From contig CM022676.1 of the NCBI GenBank assembly GCA_012295275.1, forward strand, positions 124,001-188,000: 64,000 bases of DNA, read 5' to 3'. Below, one piece after another: positions 14,376 through 26,950 of the stretch. The DNA is from Chrysomallon squamiferum. Its lineage: Eukaryota; Animalia; Mollusca. Both the position numbers and the translations under genes were made by a program. How positions within the stretch are numbered: the stretch's first letter is position 1; each line of letters starts with the position of its first letter. The notes below the pieces were generated by a model. The model did not search any database, was not told the DNA's origin, and was given only the letters and a program-made list of their open reading frames with translations.

Positions 14376-15684
14376 ATGATATTACTACTGCTCTACTATT
14401 ATCATGATTATTATATTATTCTTCATCGTCATGTATAATAAATAAAAAAAATAAAAATAAAAAAAATAAAATATATTTTTCTGCCAATGTAAGAAATATT
14501 TTGATAATCTTTTACCAGGCCACTTCATAATCATCAAATCTGTACCATGTACTAGTAAAAAATACATTAAAATTACATACTTGTTTCCAGGAAATACAAA
14601 GGATGATCCTGTCTATGAAACAAGGTAATACTTATTTCATACAAGAATATGTTCATTCCTTTACAATTAACTTAATGTTTATTCCTGGGTTTATTCTTTT
14701 TATGTCCACTCACCTCTCAGTTTTCTCTTCTTATCTTAGTTTTCTTCTTCTTCTTCTTCTTCTTATATTATTATTATTATTATTATTATTTTATGTTGAA
14801 AATACATTTTATCTCTCATTCTTTCTCTCTCTCTTTCTCTCTATATATATATATATATATATTAGGATATAGTGTTTTAATCTTCAAAACTGATTAAAAA
14901 CAAACAAGAAAATAGTGCAAATTTCATTTAGAACTTTTGTCTCTTTCAAACGACAGGAACATGTCAGAACATCAGTCTGCAACATACGACAATCTAGTTT
15001 TTCAGCCTGGTAAGTTGAATTTATTTTACTATGTCCGCTTGTTCCAAGATGTCTATATATTGTTTCGAATTTTTAGACAGTCAGGCTTTTATGAACACTG
15101 AGAGGAACGAAGGACATGTAACTATTTTGTTATTTTGATATATTTTTCTTCCTGTCATCTCTTTAAACATTTATGCATTCAGTAATTCATTTGGAATGAA
15201 GAACGGCAGGAAAGGTGACACCTCACATTCATTTATTAAGAGTCAAAATTGTTTTTGTGTCAGTGTGTGTGCGTACCTTTGTGTACGTGTGTGTATGTCT
15301 ATGTGCGTGTATGTTATGTGCGCTTTTGTGTATGCACGCCCACGTGTATGTTTGTACAGAGTAACACGTACTTAGCTGGTTTGTCAAAGTTCAAAGTATG
15401 TGCCTCGACGTACTTGGAAGGTGATAAAACAAATCGCATCGCTAATCAGAAAAGGGCAGCCTGACCTTTCGTGACACCGGCTTCCTCTCATTATCAACTG
15501 AGGTCATGAATATTTCTATCTTTGTGTTGACTTTATTTAGATAACAATACGGGAAATGAACAGAAGTATGAAATATTTATATTTTATCATAATAGCAGAG
15601 GACATTTAGAAATAATTATGTTTATTAACTATTTTCTTTTTTATTATTTATGTGTTTGTGTGTGTATATATATATATATGTATA

Positions 15685-15729
<45 letters not shown>

Positions 15730-15793
15730 TACAGGAAATATATGTTATCAGGAATTACGTATAAGTGCTGAACACTTCAGAAAATATGTGTAA
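3847..15793 (+). CDS. Spliced gene model: SRCR-Ig-(FN3)x4-TM-cytoplasmic Tyr-motif type I membrane receptor (about 711 aa)
   Basis: Exons 3847-3904, 6036-6180, 6465-6634, 7799-8101, 8418-8717, 9103-9402, 9726-10025, 10891-11190, 14005-14118, 14591-14624, 14957-15009, 15735-15793 all have AG/GT borders with compatible phases. They total 2136 nt in one open frame ending at TAA. The 3' end is uncertain. Confidence 0.75.
5470..5780. repeat. Degenerate minisatellite, unit about 50-65 bp (aattacagctgtttacatcactgtatgtaat...)
   Basis: About five diverged copies visible. Confidence 0.55.
6036..6180 (+). CDS. SRCR domain N-half exon ([48 protein letters not shown])
   Basis: Canonical VRLVNG...GRVE...WGTICDD...C..LG motif; ttcag acceptor, gtgatt donor. 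Confidence 0.92.
6465..6634 (+). CDS. SRCR domain C-half exon ([17 protein letters not shown]...[21 protein letters not shown])
   Basis: Canonical SRCR motifs; six Cys over two exons indicates group A SRCR; acag acceptor, gtcagt donor. Confidence 0.92.
7090..7259 (+). pseudogene. Relic C-terminal half of an Ig exon ([37 protein letters not shown] / [16 protein letters not shown])
   Basis: Ig D-x-G-x-Y-x-C motif present; 1-nt frameshift after the Cys relative to the paralogue; no first Cys and no in-phase acceptor found. Confidence 0.65.
7799..8101 (+). CDS. Ig-like (I-set-like, lacking the canonical Cys pair) exon
   Basis: [13 protein letters not shown] and [19 protein letters not shown] motifs; phase 1-1; 303 nt. 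Confidence 0.85.
8418..8717 (+). CDS. FN3 exon copy 1
   Basis: GPPSIP...SVTW...[13 protein letters not shown]...[12 protein letters not shown]; 300 nt; phase 1-1. Confidence 0.88.
9103..9402 (+). CDS. FN3 exon copy 2
   Basis: Same FN3 motifs; ccag acceptor, gtaaga donor; 300 nt. Confidence 0.88.
9726..10025 (+). CDS. FN3 exon copy 3
   Basis: Same FN3 motifs; ccag acceptor, gtgcgt donor; 300 nt. Confidence 0.88.
10891..11190 (+). CDS. FN3 exon copy 4
   Basis: Same FN3 motifs; ccag acceptor, gtacgt donor; 300 nt. Confidence 0.88.
11540..13350 (-). mobile_element. Degenerate, internally deleted I/Nimb-like non-LTR retrotransposon
   Basis: Minus-strand relics in LINE order: GC-richer 5' UTR (about 13350-12990); ORF1 relics [15 protein letters not shown] and zinc knuckle KCISCKG...[11 protein letters not shown]...EEARQL (12900-12380); ORF2 start IIQWTCQG...LCLHVTFLK (12050-11920) joined to the ORF2 C-terminus [30 protein letters not shown] (11890-11700). 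Many stops and frameshifts. Confidence 0.75.
14005..14118 (+). CDS. Transmembrane exon ([38 protein letters not shown])
   Basis: Hydrophobic helix of about 25 aa followed by the basic stop-transfer CRRLRK; phase 1-1. Confidence 0.85.
14591..14624 (+). CDS. Cytoplasmic micro-exon ([11 protein letters not shown])
   Basis: ttccag acceptor, gtaata donor; phase 1-2; acidic Tyr motif. Confidence 0.65.
14957..15009 (+). CDS. Cytoplasmic exon ([18 protein letters not shown])
   Basis: acag acceptor, gtaagt donor; phase 2-1 fits the previous exon; YDNL motif. Confidence 0.7.
15735..15793 (+). CDS. Candidate terminal exon ([19 protein letters not shown]) with ITIM-consensus ICYQEL
   Basis: (TG)n-tttttacag acceptor, phase 1, open to TAA. 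Confidence 0.5.
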
Positions 15794-15956
15794 TGTCTAA
15801 TTCACTCAGAAAACTGGAAATTGACTTAGGTCATCCTCTGACTGCAGTGCTGCAAATGGGGAGACTTAATTCTACATACTTCTTACGAAATTGAACAATT
15901 TGAGTTCAAGAGCCCATTCATTTGTATTATCTCCTAAGCAACAAACAAATAAGTCC

Positions 15957-16096
15957 TTAACTTTCTACAGATCCTTGCCTCTGTGAATACCAATGTTTTC
16001 CTTGGGACATGACCAACTTTAACCATATTACTTTCAGTTCAGACTTTTTGAACTTTTCAGGAATTATACATATTTCCTGATAATAATACTTATTTC
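15957..16096 (-). pseudogene. Inverted paralogous copy of the 15735 tail exon (GNKYYYQEICIIPEKFKKSE...)
   Basis: Its reverse complement aligns with 15735-15790 and is likewise preceded by (TG)n and a gcag acceptor. Confidence 0.55.
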
Positions 16097-16191
16097 CTGC
16101 AACAAATACACACACACACAGACACATACACAAACATACACACACGTCTTTCGCTATATCTATATATTATGTACTCAACTACATATTCCAG

Positions 16192-16271
16192 AAATAAGGG
16201 CAGAAGAAAATAATGAATGTAAGACGTTTGATGAGTCAGAATATTATGTAAACGTGCGACAATTAAAATAA
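16192..16271 (+). CDS. Alternative or additional terminal exon (IRAEENNECKTFDESEYYVNVRQLK*)
   Basis: ttccag acceptor, phase 1; acidic stretch leading into YVNV. Confidence 0.5.
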
Positions 16272-16404
16272 GGTATAATAGCTAAAATAATTAAATATTT
16301 TCATAATAACAGCAAATAATTATTTGTGTATGTTAAATACATTCATTTAATACCACCTGATATTCTTATATTTACTTCATCATTATTATTATTATTATTA
16401 TTAC

Positions 16405-16440
<36 letters not shown>

Positions 16441-16497
16441 GTTATGTACCAGATCTCGTGCTATTAGTCCATTCACTTTTATCCGTGACATACCATT

Positions 16498-16623
<126 letters not shown>

Positions 16624-16848
16624 GTTAAGATCTGAGACAAAAAAATATATATATAAGATATGTAGAATATATTTATACTAGACATTTAGTTTAGAAATCG
16701 TTTTATATTTTCTTAATTTGTAACAATTAATTAAATATCGTTTTAATGTTTCAGGAAAGAAAGGTTCTAAGTTGGTATATTCTACAAACTCACCTAACTG
16801 TGACGTAAATACTGAAATAGCTGTGATACGTGTAGATATGTTTATGCA

Positions 16849-16886
<38 letters not shown>

Positions 16887-19800
16887 GAAAAAACAATAAT
16901 GTAAATCGGAACTTAGGTATTTTAGCAAATAGACCAGAGTGTTGTGTTTTGTTTTGTTTGGTTTTTCTGTTATATTATATTATATTATATTATATTATAT
17001 TATTTATGTATTTATTTAGTTATGTGTGTATTACTCTTAAGATTATTTTACCATTAGAATAAGAGTATAGACTTTTGTGGTAAAACTGTAAAATGAGAGA
17101 TGAATTAGCTTTGGAACTCTTTCGGAGTCAAGTTTCTGTAGTTTTACAAATGTGAATCGAGCCATATTTTAACGAATTGTGTACTCCTGGAAACTGACAT
17201 GTCCTTTCGAGGAACTCTACTTGTGTGTATAATGTCATGGAAATCTGATGAGTGCAAAATGCTATTAAAATAACAGATATGACACGGATGTACTGATTCT
17301 TTGTACACCGAACACTAACTAAATATACATGTTTTTAATCTTTAATGTTACTATGATTAGCACTGACCAATGATTTTTTTTAAAATTGAAATCGGAAATT
17401 CATTGTTTGCATACATAATAGTATAGGTCTTAGAAGATGAATGTGTTTAGTTTTAAAGAAAAAGAGTGAAAAATGTGTTTTTACGGTCGGTTGACAGGCC
17501 ATTAAAATTGCTTGCAATTTTCTCTGTAAAAACTGGTATCATGCATTATAAAGGGCAGTCGTTCAAATAACTAATTATTAATTTGCTTTTTACATGTATA
17601 TATGATCCGTAATCCATTGAAAATGGAAATAAATGATATAAGAAAAGAATAGTAATGTTTTCAAGTATTGTTTTACAACAGTGTCCTGTCCGCTATGTAT
17701 TTTTTTCTTTTTCTTTTTTTAAAGACGACGTCGTAATAAATTTGGAAACAAATATTGTACGAAAGTGGTACGAGATCGTATGACGTCGAAGTTAACAAAA
17801 CGAATGAAGAAAAAAGTGTGTCTACCTTTGCAACAATTTCTACTTAATAATGAACGTCTGTATATATGAGACATTGATTATATGACATATTTAGAAAAAA
17901 ACACAAAAAAAAAAGACATTAATAATTTGTTATAAGATTAATGTAATAAACGTTCTAGTTCACAATGTTCCCCGTATTAGAATCCATCAGAAAAGAACAG
18001 GCGTAGTTTGTACCAATTAAATTCTAGAAATCTGAAGCCATTTTAAAGCACAGGTAATCTGTGGCGTTAGGAGTTATCGTTGCTGTTGGTCCATGCTACT
18101 ACGATATACGTGTTAATCTTCAAGCACATTTTTACAAGAGGAGAAAAAAGAAAAGTCTGAAGAAATTGCGCTTTACTATAGAGACAGTAAGTTCACGTTT
18201 ATAATCTTTGTATTATTATAAATGGATATTTTAATGTGAATGTATTAATCAGTACTGAATTAAAGGTTCAAAAATATTCTTTACACTGACATGTTATTTT
18301 ATTGCTTTAGGCAACCTCTCACCATTAATAACAAAGTTTATCATCATCATTAATAATAAATTCTTCTTTTTTTTTCACACTCTAATTAGCTGATTTTGAG
18401 ATCTTCAAAAACTATACAATGTGGAAACTAAAAGAGTGTTCTGTTAATTTGTTTTCTTTATAATGTAAAGTAGCATCATGCTGAAGATGCATTTCTCTCT
18501 GAATCACCTCTTTAATTACTTCTTTGTCAAAATTTCACCTTAAAACAAAATTAAAATTACCCTTCTCATCTATTTTTAATGGAAATATTTGGCTGAGAGA
18601 CAGGTTAATTACCTCTGCCGGTTGCCATCTCACGATCAGTGGTAAAGTTCAGTGAATGAACTGCCCCTTGACCCACTTTGATTACGTACTATGACGTCAC
18701 GAGTACAGACAAATGGTGGTGTTCGTAATCTTTTGTAGCTACACTTGTTCCTATACTTCAGTAATACACTTTGCATAAATAAAACAAAATAAAATAATGT
18801 ATATCAAAGAAAACTGAAAAAACTTCATCTTACGACTATGTGCTGAATAAATTTAGATTATTTCTATTATCACAAAAAAGAAAAAAGTACAAAAAAGTAC
18901 AATATCTTAAAAATATTTTTAAAAAAAACCTTCTTTCTTAACTTTTAATATCATTAACCACATTCGTTCCATTTAAATGTGTATATATATAAAATTGTGT
19001 AAAACCAAAAATGTTCACTTATTTGCTATTCCTAGCCTAAAACTTTATACTGCAAACTGTGGAACATTCCAGTCCCAAGTTTCTCTGCTCAGTGATCCTC
19101 AGCCTGCAATAAACTACTGAACAAGATCTAGTTTTTCTGAACCAAAGTTTACTGTTCAGACTGCTTTTAATAAATCATTGTACACCCTGACTGGATTGGG
19201 AAATAGGTAAAGATGTTTGTATGTATGTTTCTGTGTCTATTTTTCTTTGGAAACATACACTTTAATGATACCATCAATACACACAAAAATCAATAAATAA
19301 AAGAAAGAAAGAGAGAAAGAAAGAAAGAGAAAATGATAAATTTAGATAATAATTTATATTTAGAAATATTTAATATAAACTTTATACAACTTACTGGAGC
19401 AGATTATCAATAATTTTTATAAACATAGATCAAAGTTTAAATATTTTTAATTTTTAAAATACTTTATGGCATAATAATAAAATAATTAAATAATTAACAA
19501 CAGTAAAAGAACAGTTAATTCATTTGTAACTGATGTTGATCACAGTGTGTCAGTTCTTTGCAATCACATTGTCATCTTCCTCTGCATTGTCCATACCATA
19601 CTGGACTGTAACTAGCACCTTCTGCACCTTTATAATTAAACAAACAAATAATTAAATAAAATAAAAAATAAAAAACAAAATAAATAAATAAATAAATTAA
19701 TAAATAAAATAAAATAATAATAATCATAATAATAATATGTAACAATGACGACACAGATTATATTAAAGACTGTACTAATGATAATTAGTAACAATAATAT

Positions 19801-20949
19801 TAATAACATAATAAATAAATAATATTAATGATAACAGAAACAATAAAAATAATAATCAAGCAAAATGCTGAATAATTAGTAAATGATTATGACAGTGAAA
19901 TTACCAATGATTAATAATCAATTAATTATTTCTGTACTTGTAGACTGAACAAATGTGATGTATTTACAAGTGTGACAAACATACTAAATTACAATACAAC
20001 TACAAATATAATAATGTATTCAAATGCAGAAATGAACATCAAAATTATTTAATGCAATGAAGATTGTAATTTAGGCAGTTACTGTAAGGGATACAAAAGT
20101 TATTGTGATTACTACTATAAACATTTTACTTCTCCCAGAGATAATAAAGTTTATAAACTATGAAACTGTCTCATTTCTTTCATGATAAGATGATTTAATA
20201 TTCTGTCATTTATCAAAGAGTATAGCAATCATCTGACAGCAGATATTTATTTGAAATTTCATTTTCTTCGAGTTAACTGCTTTTCTAAGAACAAAAAATG
20301 AAATAAATAAATACATAATAAATAAATAAATAAATATATAAAATACATTTGAAATTAAAAAACCAGTAAGACAGCTAGTATTAGTGCAATTCCATACAGC
20401 ATGGCAGAGTTACCTGCCTTTCTAGACATATCTGAAACTAAAAATCCCAGTACGAGTTGAGTTTATCTGTCATGATATCAAATCACACACAAGTACCTTT
20501 CTCTCACACACTATCAACCAGCCTGTTAGAATGGATGATGTTGTCAGATGTTTCTGACTTGTTGAGTGAATGGATGCTGCGGTCAGATGTTTCTCACTTG
20601 TTGAGTGCACAAGATTCAAAGTTTCAGTTTCTAGGAATTTTAACCGCAAATACCAGGAAACTAGATTTCTTTACTTTCACTATCAGCTTCACTCTTTCCA
20701 CTACTTTGTAAAAAAAAATTATTTATTATCCACTGCATTTTTCGTAATTTATAATAGTTTTTTGTATCTATGTAAAAATGTATATAATATGTATGTGTCT
20801 TTCGACTAGTAGGATATGCACATATATCTGCTTTGAATGTATGTTTATAATACAAATAATACTTCTTCAACTCTACAAACACAAAACACTATCACACGAA
20901 AACTGGAGACCTACAGCCCAGAACAAATAAAAAGGAAGTTTTATATAAA

Positions 20950-21869
20950 TTAAACTTACATGTACCTAACATTGCCAGATGAACTGTTATTTACAAATTA
21001 AACTTACATGTAACTAACACTGACAGATGAACTGTTGTTTACACATTAAACTTACATGTAACTAACACTGACAGATGAACTGTTATTTACACATTAAACT
21101 TACATGTAACTAACACTGACAGTTGAACTGTTATTTACACATTAAACTTACATGTAACTAACACTGACAGATGAACTGTTATTTACTGACAGATGAATGA
21201 ACTGTTGTTTACACATTAAACTTACATGTAACTAACACTGACAGATGAACTGTTATTTACACATTAAACTTACATGTAACTAACACTGACAGATGAACTG
21301 TTATTTACACATTAAACTTACATGTAACTAACACTGACAGATGAACTGTTGTTTACACATTAAACTTACATGTAACTAACACTGACAGATGAACTGTTAT
21401 TTACACATTAAACTTGACAGGTGAACTGTTGTTTAACTAACACTGACAGATGAACTGTTGTTTACACATGACAGATGAACTGTTATTTACACATTAAACT
21501 TACATGTAACTAACACTGACAGATGAACTGTTGTTTACACATTAAACTTACATGTAACTAACACTGACAGATGAACTGTTGTTTACACATTAAACTTACA
21601 TGTAACTAACACTGACAGATGAACTGTTATTTACACATTAAACTTACATGTAACTAACACTGACAGATGAACTGTTATTTACACATTAAACTTACATGTA
21701 ACTAACACTGACAGATGAACTGTTGTTTAACATTAAACTTACATGTAACTAACACTGAAGATGAACTGTTGTTTACACATTAAACTTACATGTAACTAAC
21801 ACTGACAGATGAACTGTTATTTACACATTAAACTTACATGTAACTAACACTGACAGATGAACTGTTATT
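20950..21869. repeat. 48-bp minisatellite (aaacttacatgtaactaacactgacagatgaactgttatttacacatt), about 19 copies
   Basis: Period 48 (21001 to 21049); near-identical copies with a few internal deletions. Confidence 0.95.
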
Positions 21870-22997
21870 CAGTAAATATAAACCATTTAAAGATATTAAA
21901 GCAAATCTTAACAAAAACTGTAAATGAATTTCCAAATGTTATCAAACAAAGATGATATACGTGTATTAGAAATAAAAATAATGAATATGTTCAGAGCTAG
22001 CTTACGTTTCACAAGTCAAAGGTTGCATCTGAAAACTTCAGCATTAGCTTCACCATTGATTTCTGGTGATTCATAGACATAAATAGTAATATAATCAAAA
22101 TACATTTTTATAAATTCCCACTGAAGAATACTTTATATGTAACGTCGGCTAGTAAATTTTTTCAAATGTAAAACATAAATATATTGTCTCAAAAAGCAGG
22201 TTAGAAACTAAAAATATTTTTTTTTAAAAACAGTCTATTTTCAAACGTTCAAAACACAAAACCCATGCTGCCAAGATAAAACAAAAACTGCTTTTCAGTT
22301 AAATACAAACTAGAGACAAAGAACATTTGATGATGTGTATGTGTGTTTTTCCGTGTATCTCTGTATGTGCGTGTATGTATGTATGCATGCGTGTGTGCAT
22401 ATGTATATATAAAAGACAAATATATAAATGCTAGAATATCACTATTATTATTACTGAAATTATTTATATACAGTATCATTTTAGAATTTGTTTTCAAAGG
22501 TACAAGTTAAAAATAAGATGCCTAAGAAAAACGAAACAAAACAAAAACAACCCTGAATAACTAGCTTTCAGTCAAATACGTACTACAAACAGATAAAACT
22601 GTATCATGTAGACCTGTATAGGAAAAACAACATTATCATTATAATTATTATTAACATATATGTAACACGATTTGTGCAATTTGTTTTCAAATGTACAAGT
22701 AAAAATTAAGATGGTTAACAATAAAATAAAAACGGGTTTTCAGTTAAATATGTACTACAAGCAAATAAAACTGAATAGTATATACCTATAATAGCAAAAA
22801 ACAAGAACATCGTCACAATTGTTGTTAACAATATACAACACGACTTGTACAATTTGTTTCCAAATGTACAAGTTAAAACAGGTTTTAATAAAATATAACA
22901 TGTAAGTGTTTCCAGGCTAATCAAGACTGGAAAAAATAAAATGGTATGATACATAACTGTACTGCAGTGTATGATATCTCATTATTAGTTTACGTAC

Positions 22998-23210
22998 CTG
23001 CTGTCAAAATATCCCTCTCATCTGTTAAATTTTTTTCTCCGTATTTGTTATAAGCCAAAATCCTCACAACATACTTCGTGTGTGATTTCAGTGACGGTAT
23101 CAATGTTCTATGGGTTGTGTGTAGACCACGTTCTAGAAATTTCTCACTGACGTTGTTCCACTGTGTTGACGTGTTTTCTCTGTACTGTACTATGAATGTT
23201 TGCACGGAGC
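22998..23210 (-). pseudogene. 5'-truncated FN3 exon ([11 protein letters not shown]...ERDILTA)
   Basis: Starts mid-domain directly after a CA/TA microsatellite ending in atag; donor gtacgt is retained. Confidence 0.75.
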
Positions 23211-23855
23211 CTATATATGTGTGTATATGTGTGTGCAAGCGTGGTTATTTTCTACATTTATGACATCATAGTCACATTTAACAACACGTTGCACAGCTTG
23301 AGATCAAAATTGATGTTGTTTCCTGCTTCACAAGTGTAAAATCCTGTATCCAGACATCCAGCTTCATTCCAGCTGTACTCCACTGACTTGGAGTTGTTCA
23401 CTTCACGTAGAATGTGTGAGTTGTTTAACAGTTTGATTTTAAAAATAGTTTTTCTTTGTTCTTCAAGCAGAAATCTGTAATTATTTTGTTTTCGGTATTC
23501 GAATTCGCTTTAAAAAATAGTTAATTTAATATCGGTTAACAACGGCTACAAATCCGAATTGTTTGTCACTTTGTGATAGAGTAATGTTATACAGAAATGC
23601 TCATAGTTTGGAAAAATAACTTTGATACAGCGTAGACCATCAAAAACAATTTAAAGATTAAATTATCAGACAGTCTGTTAATAACAGTGCTTTATAACAA
23701 CACTGTCATAAAGCCGAAGTTAAGTCATATTTCAAGTTGCCCAGACGATATTTTTTATACAACTACCTGCATATATTGTTACTGATGAACAAGTAAATAA
23801 AATAAAACGAAATAAAATGAAATAAAATAAAATAAAATGTCAAATGTAAACTGAC

Positions 23856-24025
23856 ATTGACAGCTGATACCAGCATCCTCTGAATGACCACAGTTGTGTT
23901 TTCCCCAGCCAGGAAATGAACACTTTTCAACACTGTCTTCATCTCCATCACATCTAAGATCATCAACCCATATTTGTCCAGTTCCTTCTCCAAAGTGAGC
24001 TCTTTGATATGATGTTGCATTAAAG
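23856..24025 (-). CDS. SRCR-B C-half exon
   Basis: 170 nt, about 89% identical by eye to 6465-6634. Confidence 0.85.
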
Positions 24026-24458
24026 CTTTCAATCGAAATAAATATCATGATTTGTCAAATTGGAAACCAGCAAGCGTTTTTATTTCGATATTTCAGAAGA
24101 AAATATTTACTTTCTGAGTAAGTTTATTTTTAATAACAGAATGCTCAGCAACAGAACTGTATTGGTAAGAAAAATCCTGGCCCAAACTGAGAATTTTGAT
24201 AAAACTTTAATGGAAATAATAATATGAAAATAATTCAAGATATTGTGCAGAATAGTTGAAATATATCTACTTGTCTCAACGTTTTCAGAAGATCTCATTA
24301 CCCTCTATATCATTTCAACATAAATTTAATAAACAATATTTGTAAAGAGATATCATTCTTATTATTTAATAACATAAAGATCATTATCATTATAGCTATT
24401 ATCGACATCATCATCATTGTTATCGCTACAGTGATTATCAGCATCATAATTGTCATTA

Positions 24459-24527
<69 letters not shown>

Positions 24528-25064
24528 TCTTCTGAAAATGTTATTTAATTTAAATATAAAACCGGTCGGAATTTTTATTTACGTATTATGTATTTTAAGA
24601 ACAGTGTTCCATGTATGATGCTCAATAAAATAAAATGTTTACGATGTGATTTCATTTAAATAAATAAATAAATAAATAAATGAAACAGTGATATAAATAT
24701 CCCCCATAATATTTTTATTCTTCGAACACAATCTGATTACTTTTATGATACCTCATCATCATCATTATTGTAACAGTTGTTATCAACATTACCATTGTCA
24801 CTAATTATCATCATTGTTGATGTTTGTTGTTGTCGCTCTTCTTCTTGCTCTTCTTCTTCTTCTTCTTATGATTATGATTATTAGTATTAGTATTATTAAT
24901 TTTATTATTATTTGCAATCACGTGGAAAATATACATCATCATTAATTTTTATTTTAAGTCAAATCAGATCATCAATATCGATAGATATTTTGATTGAAAA
25001 CATTTAGTAGTAAATAAGAAAGTAAATAATCCATAAAAGAATAAATACTAATAAAAGCAATTAC

Positions 25065-25209
25065 CGACAAAATTCTAACATGTGACATAAAACAGAAGCA
25101 TCTTTCTCATCAATATTATCATCACAGATTGTTCCCAACGTCCCGTTTACTTGAATCTCAACTCGACCTTGTGTTGGTATTCCACTTCCATTCACTAACC
25201 GCACTGGTA
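25065..25209 (-). CDS. SRCR-B N-half exon
   Basis: [47 protein letters not shown]; close paralogue of 6036-6180. Confidence 0.82.
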
Positions 25210-25866
25210 CTGAAATAGTAATAGGTTTATATATAATCAGTGATTTAGAATAATACAACTAGTTTCCAACAACAACAACAACAACAAAAATAATAGTAAA
25301 CAACAATAATAATAAAAAAGATGTATATACATATGTTATCATTTTCTATTGTAACGAAAGTAATGTAACAGATGTCTGTAATAAAAGTAAAGTTCCGTAA
25401 GATAGCATTATGTCTCTAGCCTTGTTATAGCATATCAGCAACCAATATTTTAAAAATTAATTTGATTTTAATCACAGTTACTTTAATAAACAGAAATTAT
25501 AATAATAATAACAATAATAATAACAATAATAATAACAATAATGTATTATTCAGAATAAAACTATTTTTAAAGTTTGATTTTGAGTAAACGAACGTTTAGT
25601 AGTAAATACATTTTAGAATTAAATAAAACAGCCTGATCAACATAGGATTCTGTTTTCAACACTTTCAGTATCTGCTCAGTATTTTCAGGTTTTAGCTTGT
25701 TTTCGTATTTAGCTACGGTTTTCATGAGACGAATAGAAAGGGTTAGGTGGTTAGCAGGTTACTTCCTCTCACCTCACTAACAGGCTGATATCTTCTTAAA
25801 TGTTACTTATATATAAAAAATATTCAATGAATATCATTACTAGCAAATATTAAGAAAATAATGATG

Positions 25867-25902
<36 letters not shown>

Positions 25903-26103
25903 GTAATAATATACGATTCATGCACACAGAAAAATAATAATAATGCAAAAAATATAAAATGCATAAACTGATTAACATAATTGCTCCGATTTCTTTTCTT
26001 ATATCTCCTATATTGGTCACTTTTACTCTCTTCATTAAACGTTTGTTTACCATGTTAATTTATTTTACTATAGATATATATATATATATATAACACTACT
26101 CGC

Positions 26104-26279
26104 AGCGATTCAAACAGCTGATGCCCACGTCTTGATTATGACTACAGTTGTTGTCACCCCAAGTAGATAATGAACAATAGTCTACACTTTCTTCATCTCC
26201 CTTAGAGTCAAGTCCATCAAGCCAAATAGGTCCACTGCCTTCTCCAAATTGAGATGTTGTATAGAATTTTGCTTCGAAA
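26104..26279 (-). CDS. SRCR-A C-half exon (FGEGSGPIWLDGLDSKGDEESVDYCSLSTWGDNNCSHNQDVGISC)
   Basis: Canonical motif with one Cys replaced by Ser; donor gcgagt. Confidence 0.8.
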
Positions 26280-26950
26280 CTGAAAATAATAATATATTAA
26301 AAATGCTGGGTAAAATATTATCATAATGCGTATTCGTGATGTTAAAAAGAAAGTCATTTTTGCTAAGAATAAATTAATTTATAGACGTATCATTTTCTAC
26401 AATTTTTTGATTTTCGCTACATACAATCAGCGCATATTAACTTTAAAAAAATCTAGCTGTACAATAATCAATATGAAGTAAACTGTAGCATATATACTTA
26501 CAACAAGAAGGTATAACATTTGCAGTCTGCAACAATCCAACTTACCCAGTAACGATAAAACAATATCGTCATTGAGCTGATTTTCCTCTTTTTTTTTCTT
26601 TCTTTTTTGGCCATAATAAAACTATTTGAGTAAAGCAGATTGTAATACAAGAAAACAATTAATATGCTTACTGTTTATAATTTTAGAATATTATTCATAT
26701 GTCCTACCCTCACTAAAAATGAAGGCTAATGACCATTTAGAACAACAGCACAACAGTCTGTTGATTTTGCTAATACATTACAAAATTAGAAGAGGAATAA
26801 ATTGAGGGCTGAATTAAGATTTCAGAATTTTAAATAACAGTGTTATTGCTTCATCAGAAAAATAATAATATAACAGATGAATTCTAGACACAGAGTGTTG
26901 CTGTTCGATATAAAAAGAAAGATTTATCAAAATCATTAATATTCATTTAC

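Noticed and set aside
15541-15565. Possible micro-exon DNNTGNEQ
   Set aside because: Its likely donor is phase 2 and does not fit the phase-1 Tyr-motif exons downstream; left out pending transcripts.
16755-17062. Possible further tail exon (GKKGSKLVYSTN...)
   Set aside because: It runs into microsatellite and low-complexity sequence and is more likely 3' UTR; unsupported.
18692-18699. Isolated TGACGTCA site
   Set aside because: A single 8-mer with no associated TSS evidence; expected by chance.
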